Source of the DNA: Octopus sinensis
Taxonomy: Eukaryota
DNA: 64,000 bases
Assembly (NCBI RefSeq): GCF_006345805.1
Contig: NC_042998.1
Span: 168,020,001 to 168,084,000 of the forward strand
Reading direction: 5' to 3'
Of the stretch, positions 27,250 to 40,645 are shown one piece after another. Position numbers and translations under genes: made by a program. The notes below the pieces were generated by a model. The model saw only the letters and a list, made by a program, of their open reading frames with translations. It made no database searches and was not told the origin of the DNA. Each line of letters opens with the position of its first letter. The stretch's first letter is position 1.

Positions 27250-28455
27250 GTATTTATGAATGTATGTATGTATGTATGTATGTATGTATGTATGCATGTA
27301 TGTATATGTGCGTGCATATACATTCTGTGTCTCCGTGAGTGCAGATGTGAGTTAGCTGAGATTGTTGTTTGTGTATGTGCATCTGTCTATTTTCAAATCA
27401 TTTACATACTATTTGTCAAACAATGTGTGTGTGTAAATGTGTGCGCATATGCGTATGCATGTCTATGTGCGTGTATACATATGCGCAAATAAATAGTAAA
27501 AAAAAAAAACGGAAAATAGTGACAAAATCACCCTAGGGATATTGTTACAAGTACAGGCACTGTCTTGTAATAAAGCTTTGAACAATCGCTGACGGGCTAT
27601 AGCTTACATGGAAACAAATCATAAATAAACATTTACTTTCACAACCATATTGTAAATAATTCAACTGAACTTTTGATACGCGTGCTAAACTCTCGCCGTG
27701 AAATAACTGTGAGAAAATGCAATCTGTTGATACCGAAAGCCTTAGACAATAAACTTTGACATTAAATTTGCGTTGGTTCATGGCAAATCACTTTACCATA
27801 CTTAATTCTATTTCTGAAAAGAAGTTTTACCTACGTATTGAGCTGTAGATAAAGCCGATATTTCAACATCATTAAAATGACTCTGATAAAATGTTTCCCA
27901 AATTAGTAACACTTAAAAATGGAGGCAGCGAGCTTAGCAGAATCGTTAGTGAACCAGTGAAAATGCTTAGCGGCAATTTTTTCCTGCTTCTTTACGTTCT
28001 GAGTTAAAATCCCACCGAGGTCGACTTTGCCTTGCGTCCTTACAAGGTCGACTGGATAAGTACCAGTTGAGCCCTGGAGTCGATGTAATCGATGAATCCC
28101 TTGCCCCAAAACTTCAGGCATGTGCCTATAGTACAAAGAATTAACACCTGAAATCACAAAGACATCTCTCTCTCTCTCTCTCTCGCCCTCTCTCTCTCTC
28201 TCTCTCTCTTTCCCTCCCTTTTTCCGTCTCTCTCTTTGTGGTAAACTGAAATGTATTAACTGTGATGCTAAATCACAATACCTTTGCTATCGATGATCAA
28301 AATTTTGGATACATGCTCTTTATCCAATGGCCCCTTATTTCTGGACAAACTTAACAAATTTCGAATGACAACTGAAAAAAGTAGCATATTATATTCCCAG
28401 AAACGAGATATAATGAGAAATCACTGCTTCAAATTTTGGCTCAAGGCTAGCAATT

Positions 28456-30143
28456 TTGGGGATGGGCAAAGCTTACATGGAAACAAATCGTAGATTTATT
28501 TTCTCAACCATACTGTAAATAATACAACTATACTTTTGATACCTTCGCTAAACTCTCGCCGTGAAATAGCTGAGAAAATACAATCTGTTGATACCGCAAA
28601 CTTCAGACAATAAGCTTTGACATTAAGTTAACATTTCTTCATTGGAGATCGTATTCGACGCTCTAACGTTTCTGCTCATTGGTTGATATAATATTCTGTC
28701 TTTTTCTTTGTGTTTTACTCTTTTACATCTCCCCTAGTGGTAATTCCTTTATCAACTAGTAATTTTATCGATCCCGAAAGGATGAAACGTAATGTTGACA
28801 CCGATGACATTTGAACCCAGAACTTAAAGCAAGAAGAAATTCCGCTCGTCAACTTTAATGGCTTCATATTTTGATAAAAGACCAGCATCTTTTGCAGCAG
28901 GGTATTAAATCGATTACAACAATCCCAGAGCTTAGTTGGTTCCTATTTCATCAACCCTGAAAGGAAAGAAGATAAAGTCGAATTCGGCAAAATTTGAACT
29001 CAAAACGTAAAGCTGGGAAAATGCCGCTAAGAATTTTCTTCGACGGGATAGCGACTCTGCCAGCTCACCATAACAAGAACCAATGTCACTACTTAATATT
29101 TCCTAATATGAGTTAAATCCAAATTTAATTAGGAATGGCGAATGGGTTTACTGTTCAGCTATTTCCGCAGCTCGTCTTTTTAATTTCATATATTGCGTAA
29201 CATTTGATTCGTAAATGTGTTGAAATTAGCTATTTGAATCGATTGTAACTTTGTGTCTCCCAAGTAGTGAAAATAGGGTTACACTCAGAATGAACTCAAT
29301 ACCTTAAGTGATTTCTATTTCTGCCGTACCATATGCTTTTGTTTAATTAACATATGACTTTTCCTTGGGTTAGCATAATTGTACTATATAGCAGGGGGAG
29401 TGAAAATTTGATGTTATGACAAATAAAATGTTTCTAGTCTTCTATTTAATATTGGAGATGTAATTAAGACATGATACGATTGAGCTGTTCAGAATCTTTA
29501 CCTTAATCGTAATTTTTACTTCTTCAGTTATAGTATTGTTAATATCCTTCAATAAAAAATGACATTATCTATAAACTTATCAAATAAAATCGTTTGAAAT
29601 ATTTGAAGGAAATAGTAAGAGACATAACATATCAACAAGAAAATGTTGTTCGATACTGAAAAGAGAAATATAGACATTTTTCTTTAAATATGTGAGATAA
29701 GAATATTTTAAATTATGCATTTTGTAGGAGTATGACGGCCGTGTAACAGGCTGAATATTTCTTAAAATTTTACCGCCACTTTATTTATTGCTGTTATTGT
29801 TTACATTATCAGTAGAGTACTATCAAAAATTAGTCATCTCCGTTAAGTACTGTCGAAGAAAATGTTACACATTTTCGAGAGTAAAACACAAAGAAAAAGA
29901 CAGAATATTATATCAACCAATGAGCAGAAACGTTAGAGCGTCGAATACGATCTCCAATGAAGAAATACTAACTTAATGTCAAAGCTTATTGTCTGAAGTT
30001 TGCGGTATCAACAGATTGTATTTTCTCAGCTATTTCACGGCGAGAGTTTAGCGAAGGTATCAAAAGTATAGTTGTATTATTTACAGTATGGTTGAGAAAA
30101 TATATCTACGATTTGTTTCCATGTAAGCTTTGCCCATCCCCAA
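28456..30143. repeat. Long inverted repeat: 266-bp arms (28456-28721, 29878-30143), 1156-bp spacer
   Basis: The arms are reverse complements with about 3 mismatches. A diverged third copy lies at about 27598-27770. Confidence 0.95.
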
Positions 30144-30279
30144 TTGCCTTGCACTATCTTTAACCGATGATCTGCACTCTGAGTTCACATCCCGTCGTCG
30201 TAATGTTTGCCTTTCGTTTTTTCAGGGTCGATAAAATTGCACCAAACCAGGACTGTGAAGTGACTAACTGTATGAAAAA

Positions 30280-30500
30280 CCGAGGACGGATACTTTGCAG
30301 CGTTTACCAACGGCACCTCAGGTGTCTGGGATGTCTGTTACAAGCATCCAAGTCTGACCTCAGTTTTGAAAATATATTCATCTTTCACACTAAGGCCATG
30401 TGAAGGATCATAGGCACTGCTTTCCCCCTTGACTAAAAGAGTATTTGAGAAAATGAACGAAATGGTACAAAACCTGTTAGGTTTACTGGAGATGTGGGTT
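30280..30500 (+). mobile_element. RTE-like LINE remnant (a further RTE-like 3' end at ~31390-31560)
   Basis: xYQRHLRCL motif; downstream FQCSDCNQT (zinc-finger-like end) and a CTCATGAGACTAACGGATG terminus. Confidence 0.4.
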
Positions 30501-30824
30501 CATGTCCCACAAGCAGCCTTCGATTTTTTTTATCCAAAGTGTTTTTAATTCAATACTTACATGCTATTATTTACATGCTAATAGAATTTACATGCTTTGT
30601 TTGCTTTCAGATATACCGTTTCTAAAAAGAATTATTTCACGTTCTCAAAGTTTCTAAATTATGATATTATTTGTATCAGGAAAATATTCAGTTACATTGT
30701 TTACTTTTCTATCTACGTACCTAGTTTCACAGATCGCAACAAATCTGTAAAACTAATTTAGTTATCATGGCAGTTTTCTGTTTCATACAATATATTCCTT
30801 ACCCTGGTCTTAGTAAATAGCCTG

Positions 30825-30960
30825 GCTCTTTCAGCTGAGTGGACTGGGGCAGTAAGAAATAAAAAATGTTGCTCAAGGATACAAGGCCTCGCCGGGAATT
30901 GAACTCACGACCTTCCGATCGTGGACCGAATATCTTAACCACTACGCCACGCGTCTTCAC
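30825..30960 (-). mobile_element. Family A SINE 5' part
   Basis: Matches 540-664. Confidence 0.8.
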
Positions 30961-32029
30961 AAGTAAGCACTAATATGTTACTTAACCTACAGCTGGGACG
31001 CTGGTTAGAGCTACTACTTCGGGAGAGAGTAGATCTGGGAACAATAGTGGCTCCACGCTCCTCAAAATATTTGAAGTCACGAACCACGGCTCCACGACCG
31101 AGTGCAATGTAAAGTCATATCCAAGACAATATGTGTGTGTACGTGTGTGTGTATGTGTGTGTGTATGGGTGTGTGTATATGTGTGTGTGTGTTTGTGTGT
31201 GTCTGTGTGTGTGTAGTATTCATATATAACTAATACTGCAACACAATACGATTAACCCAGCTCAATATGCAAAGAGTTCAGGAAGATGCTAGAACTTTGT
31301 CTACTGTTTCATATTAAGGAGCATTAATGTATCTCACTTCTTTGAAGTACAAAAATCTTTATCGCACTCATATCATATACATATATATGGATGTAGATAA
31401 GCAAATTCGACTGAAAACCTGCACCAGGACATCGCTTTCAATTGCAGTGACTGCAACCAGACTGCAACTAACATCAGTCACGATAGATGCTACACTGCCA
31501 ACAAGACCAACACGTGACTTTCCAGATGCAGATGTGTGATCTCATGAGACTAACGGATGTGTGTGCGTGTTTTACTGTATGAATGTGTGTCTGTGTGTAT
31601 GTATGTACATGTGTGTGTGTATGCATGCGTGCGAGTGTATGAGAGACCATCGTCCAGATGTAAGAGTATATTTGTATATGTGTATGTGTGTGTATGTATG
31701 TATGTATGTATGTATGTATGTATGTATGTATGTATGTAGGTAGGTAGGTAGGTAGGTAGGTAGGTATGTGGATGTTCGTATATAGGAATATATGTAAATA
31801 TAAATACACAATAAGGTGTTATGTAGCCGCACTTACCGTGACTTACCGTTTGGTGAAGTTCCTCTTTAAAATGGTATCCTGGAGAATGTTTTATTGCAGA
31901 TGACCTAGAGTTGCTCAGGTATGCAAATCTCTCTTTTAGCAAGTGCAAGCAACCGATTATACCTAAGGGAAAGGTAGCACCATTGATATTACAAGTGTTG
32001 CTTTGAGAATGCAGAAAGCTAGGGATATA

Positions 32030-32518
32030 CAGTAAATCCTTGAGTATAATCCGCCCTTGAGTATAATACGCAGGGGATATTTAGGGGGCTGTACCTCTGA
32101 AAAACCTAAACCTTGTGTATAATACGCACCCCTTCTCTAACTTGAGTCAAGGACGTCTATATAACGTCCTTGGTTTGTAAAAATGTATACGGTAACGTCA
32201 TTTATTATTATTGTATATATATAACATAATGCAAACGTGTAGCGTTTTTGTGCATTTTGTTTTCAGAAAATAAAGAAATAACAGTAATAACAGTAATAAC
32301 GTTTAATAAATGTTGCTTACTGCAAGTTATGGATGGTTCTTTTATGACTTCATTGCTTTCAGGCTTAGCTTAAGGTATTTTCGCGCCCGACATCACAAAA
32401 TCGGAATAAACATTGCTTAGAAAATAATTTTCATTTTTAACCTCGTATATAGTACGCACTAGGGATTTTGACCTTTAAATTTTGGGGAAAAATGCGGATT
32501 ATACTCGAGGATTTACGG
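32030..32518. mobile_element. 489-bp pogo/Tigger-type MITE, TA TSD
   Basis: TA|CAGTAAATCCTTGAGTATAATCCGC ... GCGGATTATACTCGAGGATTTACGG|TA; 25-bp TIR with 2 mismatches; no ORF. Confidence 0.92.
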
Positions 32519-33004
32519 TATATCAAAAGTCAACTCATTCGGGCCTCTAACAATCTTCGAATTTACCACTCACCGCTGCATAAAAGGTACATTTGAACTC
32601 GCTGAGATTTAAATTCAAAATGCAGCGACCCGGAAGAAATACGACATAGTCTTCTGTCCGACGCCCCAATGACTTAGCTGATTTGTCTTATGAATGTGTG
32701 CATACCTATATGCATTTATGTATGCATTGGGTTAGAAAAACTTACTTCCCAGCCTCATGATTCAGGATTCAGTCTACTATAGCTTCGGCATGACCAAAGG
32801 CTTCTGAGTGGATTTTGTTGACGGAAACTGAAAGAAGCCTTCGTATATATGTGTGCGTGCGTGAATAAACTTGGGACATCATGCAAGCTACAAGCAGTAC
32901 TAATGAAACCTATTGAAACTGACGATAAAAACTTGAGCTTGGGACCTAGTGCGGCAGATGACTGGCGCTGGTGAAATCTGAGATATATAGCTACTGAAAG
33001 TGAA

Positions 33005-33365
33005 GGCACGGGACTTAGTGTTTTGGGTATACGGCTCACGATCGTAATGTCGTGAGTTCGATTCCTGGCCTCACGTTGTCCTTGAGTAAGATACTTTATT
33101 TCACGTTGCTCCGTTCCACTCAGCAGGCAAAAATGAGTTCTACATGTAATTCAAAGGACCAGCCTTGTCACATTCAGTATCACGCTGAATCTCTTTAAGG
33201 GTACGCTGAATCTCTTTAAGAGTACGCTGAATCTCTTTAAGGGTACTTTAAGGGTACGCGTGTTTGTGGAGTGCTCAGCTACTTGCACGTTAATTTTACG
33301 AATAGGCTGTTCTGTTCATCAAATCAAGTGGAACACTCGTCGTCGTAACCGACGGAGAGCCAGGC
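33005..33365 (+). mobile_element. Family A SINE with an internal 21-bp tandem triplication
   Basis: Head GGCACGGGACTTAGTG..GAGTTCGATTCCTGG; (TACGCTGAATCTCTTTAAGGG)-type unit x3 at about 33181-33245; end GTCGTAACCGACGGAG. Confidence 0.8.
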
Positions 33366-33778
33366 ACATTAGTAATTGAAAACATATACAGGGTACCTAA
33401 ATCTTCAACTCTTCTTTTTGTACTAACGCCAGTTTACCCTTTCATCAATCCTTTTCTCGTTGTGGGTAAAACATATTTATCCTTTCCCCTCCTTAGCTTT
33501 CCCTTCCTTTACATGTTCAAACACAAAAACTGATCCACAAACTCTATATCAACCACCTGTGCCGGAGCCAGGAGTCAATTGTTCAATAACATAACAATAG
33601 CTTCAAACATGCAAATATACACACACATACATAATATCTAATTGTTTATATGTATTTACATGTATTCATATACATGCACACCCACATACATAATACATAC
33701 ATATATACATACATACATACATACATACATACATACATAATTACTCTCACAGATACAAATTCATAAGCGCACACGCAT

Positions 33779-33815
<37 letters not shown>

Positions 33816-33899
33816 TACGTATCTTAAACCTGTGAAGCCCTCTCTATGCATAGATTACACACAAGTTGTTTCATTATAAGGGATTTCATGTTATATATA

Positions 33900-33962
<63 letters not shown>

Positions 33963-34064
33963 ATATATGGTGTCCACAGTGATAATCACATTATCACCGT
34001 GGACACCATGTGGGCAGACATCTAAAAGTTTTTGTTCGTCATGATGCTGACATAGGTTCATTGT

Positions 34065-34147
34065 CTTTCCTGATGAGAAGGTGGCATAATGCAGCCTTTA
34101 TTCATTCGGAATTAAGAATATGCAGTCTTCGAAACATATGTCGAGAG
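34065..34147 (+). ncRNA. Type I hammerhead ribozyme, canonical core
   Basis: Stem I CTTTC/GAGAG, CTGATGA (34070-34076), 12-bp stem II GAAGGTGGCATA/TATGCAGTCTTC with G10.1-C11.1, GAAA (34131-34134), palindromic stem III ACATATGT, GUC triplet, predicted cleavage after 34142. Confidence 0.82.
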
Positions 34148-37092
34148 TAAAGGAATTTTGTTAAGATCGTCGTTCGACTCCATTCTTTCATTTATTCATT
34201 CTTTCATTTTATATATATATGTTATATATGTATATATATATGTATATATATGTGTGTGTATGTGTGTGTGTGTCCCCGCGTTTCTGTCTGTGTTTGTCTC
34301 ACCACCACCGCTGTTGGTGTGTTTGCATCCCGTAATCTAGCGGTTCAGCAAAAGAGACCGATGAAATAAGTACCAGGTTTAAAAAATCAGTAGTGGGATC
34401 GATTCATTCGACTTAAAATTCAAGACGGTGCCCCAGAATGTCCGCAGTGTAATGACTGAAACAAACAAAAGATAAAAGATGTATGTATGTACATATACAC
34501 AGGATTTAAATGCGAGCTACTGTAAGTTTTATGCCTCTGACAATACAATGATCGGGCGAACATATATTGCGTGCGTGTATCATCAAGCAATTATTTCTGA
34601 TAATACATGGCACGCTATACAAACTCGTCAGACCATTGTATTATCAGGCGGCGAGATGGCCGAGTCATTAGAACGCCGGACAAAATACTTTACAGCTTTT
34701 CTTCTGGTTTTACATTCTAAGTTCAAATTCTGCCGAGGTCAACTTTGCCTTTCATCCCGTCGATTTCGATAAAATAAGTACCAGTTGAGCCCTGGAATTG
34801 ATGAAATCTAATTCCCCACTCATCAAAATTGCTGGCCTTGCTCCAAAATGAGAAAGGATTACCAGAAGCATGGAACTGATAGTAGCTTGCGTTTAAATGT
34901 TGTGTATATTAAATATTTATTTCCCACTAGGTGGAGTACTTTTTTGTTAGTCACACCAATAACGGGACAGTAAGCTACGTATGCACGCGCGCGTTTATTT
35001 ATATCTGTATGTGTACGTGGGTGAGTGAAAGCGTGTGAGAGTGTGTTAGTTCGACATACATCTACAGATGCAATGTTTGGACACATCGTCAGTGTTGCAT
35101 CCTGGAGTCACTGGTAGTTTTTATTCTTACAACAAGCATCCTCATCCAAGCGACCTGACCTAGATTGATCAAGCCTAAATATGTGTGTGAAATAACACAG
35201 TGCATGTGGTCAATGGCTTGAATTTGGAACCAGAGATAAATGTGTCTAAGCGGGTGGCATACGTGCGCACGCGCACAAACACACACACACGCACACACGA
35301 ACACAAACGGCACTTTACAGGCCCCACTCATCACCTCTTTTCCGTCAAAGCCACCCAGATGGTTTCTCATTGGTCTTTACGTGGATCTTTTTGTCATTGC
35401 TGTATTGCCCAGGGTTCAGGGTTCTACAGACCTTGCACAGGGTATGATCTACTAAGCTTCAGTTGCCAGCTTCAACTGGCAAAAAAACACTTCGGTCCTC
35501 ACTCGTTCTTGCGGTAGTCCGCCTCGAACTCCTGCTACTTACGTTTATTCCTCTCTTACGCCTCTTTGTTCTCTTCGCCAAAGGTTCATGTCAACCCAAA
35601 AGCATTGTTAGTGTATGCATGTGCGTTAATTTACATATACATACATCTAATATAAACTGTAGAATATATTTCTTATAGTTGGCTTTCGTGGAACTAACCA
35701 AACACATAATAACGCTGTAACGCATCAACATCTCTCCATAAGCTTGGGTAGATATTTTGGTATAGACACAGCATGCACACGCACTTACACATATACACAC
35801 GTGTGCATGTCTACGCCTACAAGCGACGCATGCGCATTTTACAAGAGTACACACTCGCTATTATTTTCATAAGAGTACTACAAAAGACTGATACAAGCAT
35901 ATTCCTCTCCAACGCTCTCTCTTCCTCATTCTCTCTTCGTCATTTATCTCTCTTTGAAATATTCCTTCATCTCATGCTTTTTTTCCTTTGTGTCAGTCCC
36001 TCCCATTTGCAACTTTTATATAGATGCCTGCTCGTCCCCACATCAATTTCTCATGCAAGCTTACCTTTCATTTATTCCCCTTCCCTTCCCTGCCCTTTTA
36101 TTATTTTTTTTCGTGTCATTACTTTTTTCTTCATTGGTTTTCTTTATTATTTGTTTTCGCCCTTCCCTTTAAGCTTCTTTTCCTTTCATTTTCATTTTTT
36201 TTTTTTTTTTTTTTTTTTTGTTCTGTTTACTTTCTCCCTTTTCTATAATTTATTTGTTCATCTTAAGCGTCTTTCAGAAAGCAACAGGAGGCTCCTCACA
36301 GCTGAACGATACAGGAAAACTAAATCCCTCATTGTCAATAATGTTGTAAACACTAATTTGGTCAAAAGCATCATGAGAGATACAAAGGCCTGGTTACTGA
36401 AGGTCTAAAACTTTGCGTCACCTGTGGACTACAGGTAAAAAAAAAAACACAAAGCAAAAACAAAGCAAAAGGAAAGCAAATATTAAAATATGTTACAAAT
36501 AAAGCTGAAGCATAATACCAATGTCAGGTGTAAATATATATGTGTGTGTGTGTGTCTTTTACTTGTTCCAATCATTAGACTTCGGCCATGCCTTGAAGAG
36601 TTCTAGTCGAACGATTACCCCACTACTTATTTTTCAAAGCCTGGTACTTGATCTATCGTTTTCTTTTTGACGAACCGCTAGTTTACGGGCGCGGGCACGT
36701 AAACACACAAACGCCGGTTGTCAAGTTGTGATAGGAAAAAACAAACACAAAAATACGCGCACGCACACACACACATATCCAGACATATGCATACACGATG
36801 GACTTCTTTTAGTTTCCCTTCTACCAAATCTACTCACAAAGATTGGTTCGGGCTAAGGCTATAGGAGACACTTACCCAAGATGCCACGCAGTGAGATTGA
36901 ACCCGGAATCGTGTCGTTGAAGAACAAACTTCTTACCACACACATACATATAAATATGCAAAGGAACACATGAACGTATTGCTTACTATTTCTAAAAACA
37001 ATGTGAGATGGTGATTTGTTCTTATTTTCTATATTATAGCGGAAGGTAAATGAAAAAGACGTTATATTTTCTCAAAAACAGTAGCGTATATA

Positions 37093-38586
37093 CACTGAAC
37101 CGCAAAAGAAACGCGAGACGTGTGTGACTGAAATATGTTTTAATTTCATTATGTCAGAGATAAACTTTGATAAATCTGATAAAGTCAATTTCTTGGATGC
37201 ACTTTGACCACAGACTATGGGTTGTTGTCATGTGTTCTGGTAGTGGATGGACCCAGTACATCGAGATTGTAGGGCGTGATATGTTAAATACCGTGTATGC
37301 TCTCCCTGGGTATTAAAAATGGTCATACACCTTTAGCACATGGAGTGCATGAAGCGGTTCACAAGAGCCATTGGCACCTTGCCCGTCTGCTCCCAGATCC
37401 ACACGAGTTGTCGGTTCTGAGACAACCTGCATCAGCCCATGGGAGTTCAATTGGGTTCAAACCCGGGCTGAGAGCCGGCCACGGCATGGTTCTGATGTTG
37501 TGCTGACGTAGAAAGTCCATAGGGGCCCTGCACGTTTGGGAGGGGGCATTGTCCTACAGAAATACATGGCAATGGTGAGGTGTGAAGGAGGGCATGATCT
37601 GAGGTCTTAGAATCTAGTCAACCTAGCACTGCGCTGTGATGCCATTCTCTCTGCCTGCACTAAGTTTTGGAACACATGGGGCCCAATTCTCTGAGTCAGG
37701 CCTATAGCACCCCGAACCATGATGCTTTGGCCATCTCACGCGTCTCTCTCCATAGCACATGCATCTCTGTAGCGTTCACCCCTCCAACCCCACACCCTCA
37801 GACTTCCATCCAAGGTGGAAACGCAGTACTGGCTTTTATCAGAGAAGACTATCGACCTCCATTGTTGATGCCGCCAATGTCGGTGCTGTGTAGCCCACTG
37901 TAATCGTGCCTGACTGCAGGTGGTGAGGACAGGCCCTCGAGCAGGACGGCGGCAATGCAGGTTGTTGGCGGCCAGTCGACGTCGTACCGTGTCGTCGCTG
38001 GCGGGTCGCTATCCAGTGCCAATGGTCTCGCGAGCTATCACGCTGGCCGGTCTGAAGCGATTACAGAGGTGTTGCAGGTGGATGAAGCGATCCTGCCTAA
38101 GCGTAGTCACTCGGGGGCGCCCTCTGCGGGCACAGTCTGCAGTGCTGTTGCTGTTATTGTATCGCTGTTGCAAGCGATAGATGGTGCTGACATGGACATT
38201 GTAAATTTTCGCAACAACCAGGGCACGCTACCCTGCTTGCAATCTGCCGGTATTTTGTTCTCTCTGCGCTGCTGACAATCGGGTCATACCTGATGCGGCC
38301 AAATTACGGATGCCAGGAACGCAGTTCAAGTAGATTTTTATACCTACAAGAAGCACGTGTATTTCGGTTTTCATGACAATGGTTTGCGACGGCCACCCGT
38401 GGCATTCAATGCAGCTGCGTTTTGGCGTCTCGTTTCAGGAAAGTTGAAAGGTTACCTGCTGTTTGGATCTCAGCCATAAACCAGCATGGCTTTGAATATT
38501 TACTCTTGCTTCACCGAAATAAATTTTCAGAATTTACTATATAAAAATGACATTTGAAAAAATCGTGTTTCTTTTACGGTTCAGTG
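37093..38586 (-). mobile_element. Full-length Tc1-family transposon relic (1494 bp)
   Basis: 24-bp TIRs CACTGAACCGCAAAAGAAACGCGA and TCGTGTTTCTTTTACGGTTCAGTG (2 mismatches). TA on the left, CA (mutated TA) on the right. Confidence 0.93.
37284..38287 (-). pseudogene. Tc1 (DD34E-type) transposase pseudogene
   Basis: MTRLSAAQRE.., GRPRVTTLRQDRFI, TVRRRL, ARLQWA, WRSIVFSDKS, SIMVRGAIG, LNPIE, with multiple stops and frameshifts. Confidence 0.92.
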
Positions 38587-39153
38587 CAAAATAATATGAC
38601 TCTAACTAAATATTCGTATCAAATTTTGGCACAAGGCCAGGGATTTTGGAAGAGGGAATAAATCGATTATATCGACTCTAGTACTCAACTGCTACTTATT
38701 TTATCGACCTCGAAAGGATGAAAGGCAAAGTCGACTTCGGTGGAAATTAAACTCTGAACATAAAGACAGACGAAATGATTGTTTTCTATTAAGCCTGGTA
38801 CTTATTCTATCGGTCTCTTTTGCTGAAGTGGGAATGTAAACACATCAACACCAGTTGTCAAGTGGTTGTGAGGGACAAACACAGACACAAAGGTACTCAC
38901 ACACACACACACACGGAGATACAGGCACATCACAAAGGCACACAGACACACACGCACCCACTCATACACGCACGAACATACAACGGCTTCTTTCCCACTC
39001 ACGACAGGCTTTTTTTTCACTACCAAATCCTCTTGCTCGGCCCGAGGCTATAGTGGAAGGCACTCTCTCAAGGTGTCGCGTAGTGCGACTGAACCCAGAA
39101 CCATGTGGTTGGGAAACAAACTTCTAGCTACGCAGTCATGATAGTGTCTCTTA

Positions 39154-39194
<41 letters not shown>

Positions 39195-40019
39195 AACATA
39201 CATACATACACAAACATAAACGCGCATGCATACATTCATCCAACTATCCATCCATCCATCCATACATAGATACATACATACATACATACATACATACATA
39301 CATACATACATACATACATGCATACGTACATACATGGTGATTGCTTCATTTTCGCATAGGATTGCCGTCTCCTTGTGATCTCGCGTTGTCAATGGCACTC
39401 CTTACTTTCCGTCCATGATTTCTCAGATAACAATGTGGCTCCGTTGCAGATCTGCAGGGTGAGTAACATAGGTGGTGACAGAGGAAAGTCGTAACTCACT
39501 GCGTGCTTCCAACTGCTTAACTCTTCACACCATCGCCATTGTTCCATTGCCATAGGATTTTCAGTAGACGAGATGACAAATGACCTTACCCTAAATGAGG
39601 TTACCAATGACGTACAGATGTACGTCATTAGATTATATTGATAAACGCTTGTATAACACGAGTACAACTCCCTGAGCGTCTGTGATTTGTATCTAGTGAC
39701 AGGCCGGAATGTTATGACTATTAATCACGTGAAACCATGAGTTTTACATTAGAGTGTCCCTCACCTAGAATGACATTGTGACAACAGCTAGGAGTCCCTC
39801 ACTCTTGATGGCTTTACTGCACACCCTGAAACTAATCAAGGGTATGTATGCGTTCCTGCGTTCAAATGGATTATCATTACATTTGGTTGTTATCCCTTGG
39901 CTGTAACCTTGACCGGTGCTATCGCTCCGGAAAACTGTAGTAGTTAAGGGGTGATAGCATACATCTCAAAAACTCTGGAATTCCCGAACCAAGGCCCCAC
40001 TACCAGATGCAGTTGAAGT

Positions 40020-40040
40020 CATACCCAGGACATACATACA

Positions 40041-40071
<31 letters not shown>

Positions 40072-40364
40072 GTTTACAAACATCGGGAACTCTCTTAATT
40101 AAAAACCTCTTGTCGCTTTGTTAGCGACCGGTTTGAACTCTTTATAGAACTAAAAGAAAATTCAAAGAAAAATCATACATAGAGGCATACATACATACAT
40201 AATACATACATACATGCATACATACATACATACACACATACACACATACATACATACACACACATACATACATACATACATACAAGCATACATGCATACA
40301 TACATACATAAATACATACATACATACATACACACATACATACATACATACATACATACATACA

Positions 40365-40396
<32 letters not shown>

Positions 40397-40645
40397 CACA
40401 TACATATACACATACATACATGCATGCATACATACATACATGCATACATACATACATACATACATACATACATACATACATACATACATACGTACATACA
40501 TACATACATACATACATACATACATACGTACATACATACATACATACATACATACGTACGTACATACATACATACATACATACATACATACATACATACA
40601 TACATACATACATACATACATACATACGTACATACATACATATGT
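40020..40645. repeat. Long (TACA)n array; similar arrays at 42990-43330, 53080-53355, 56345-56450 and 57000-57070
   Basis: Read directly from the sequence. Confidence 0.97.

Noticed and set aside
35773-36408. 211-aa hydrophobic ORF as a membrane protein
   Set aside because: The Phe/Leu/Ser richness derives from a polypyrimidine and poly-T tract.
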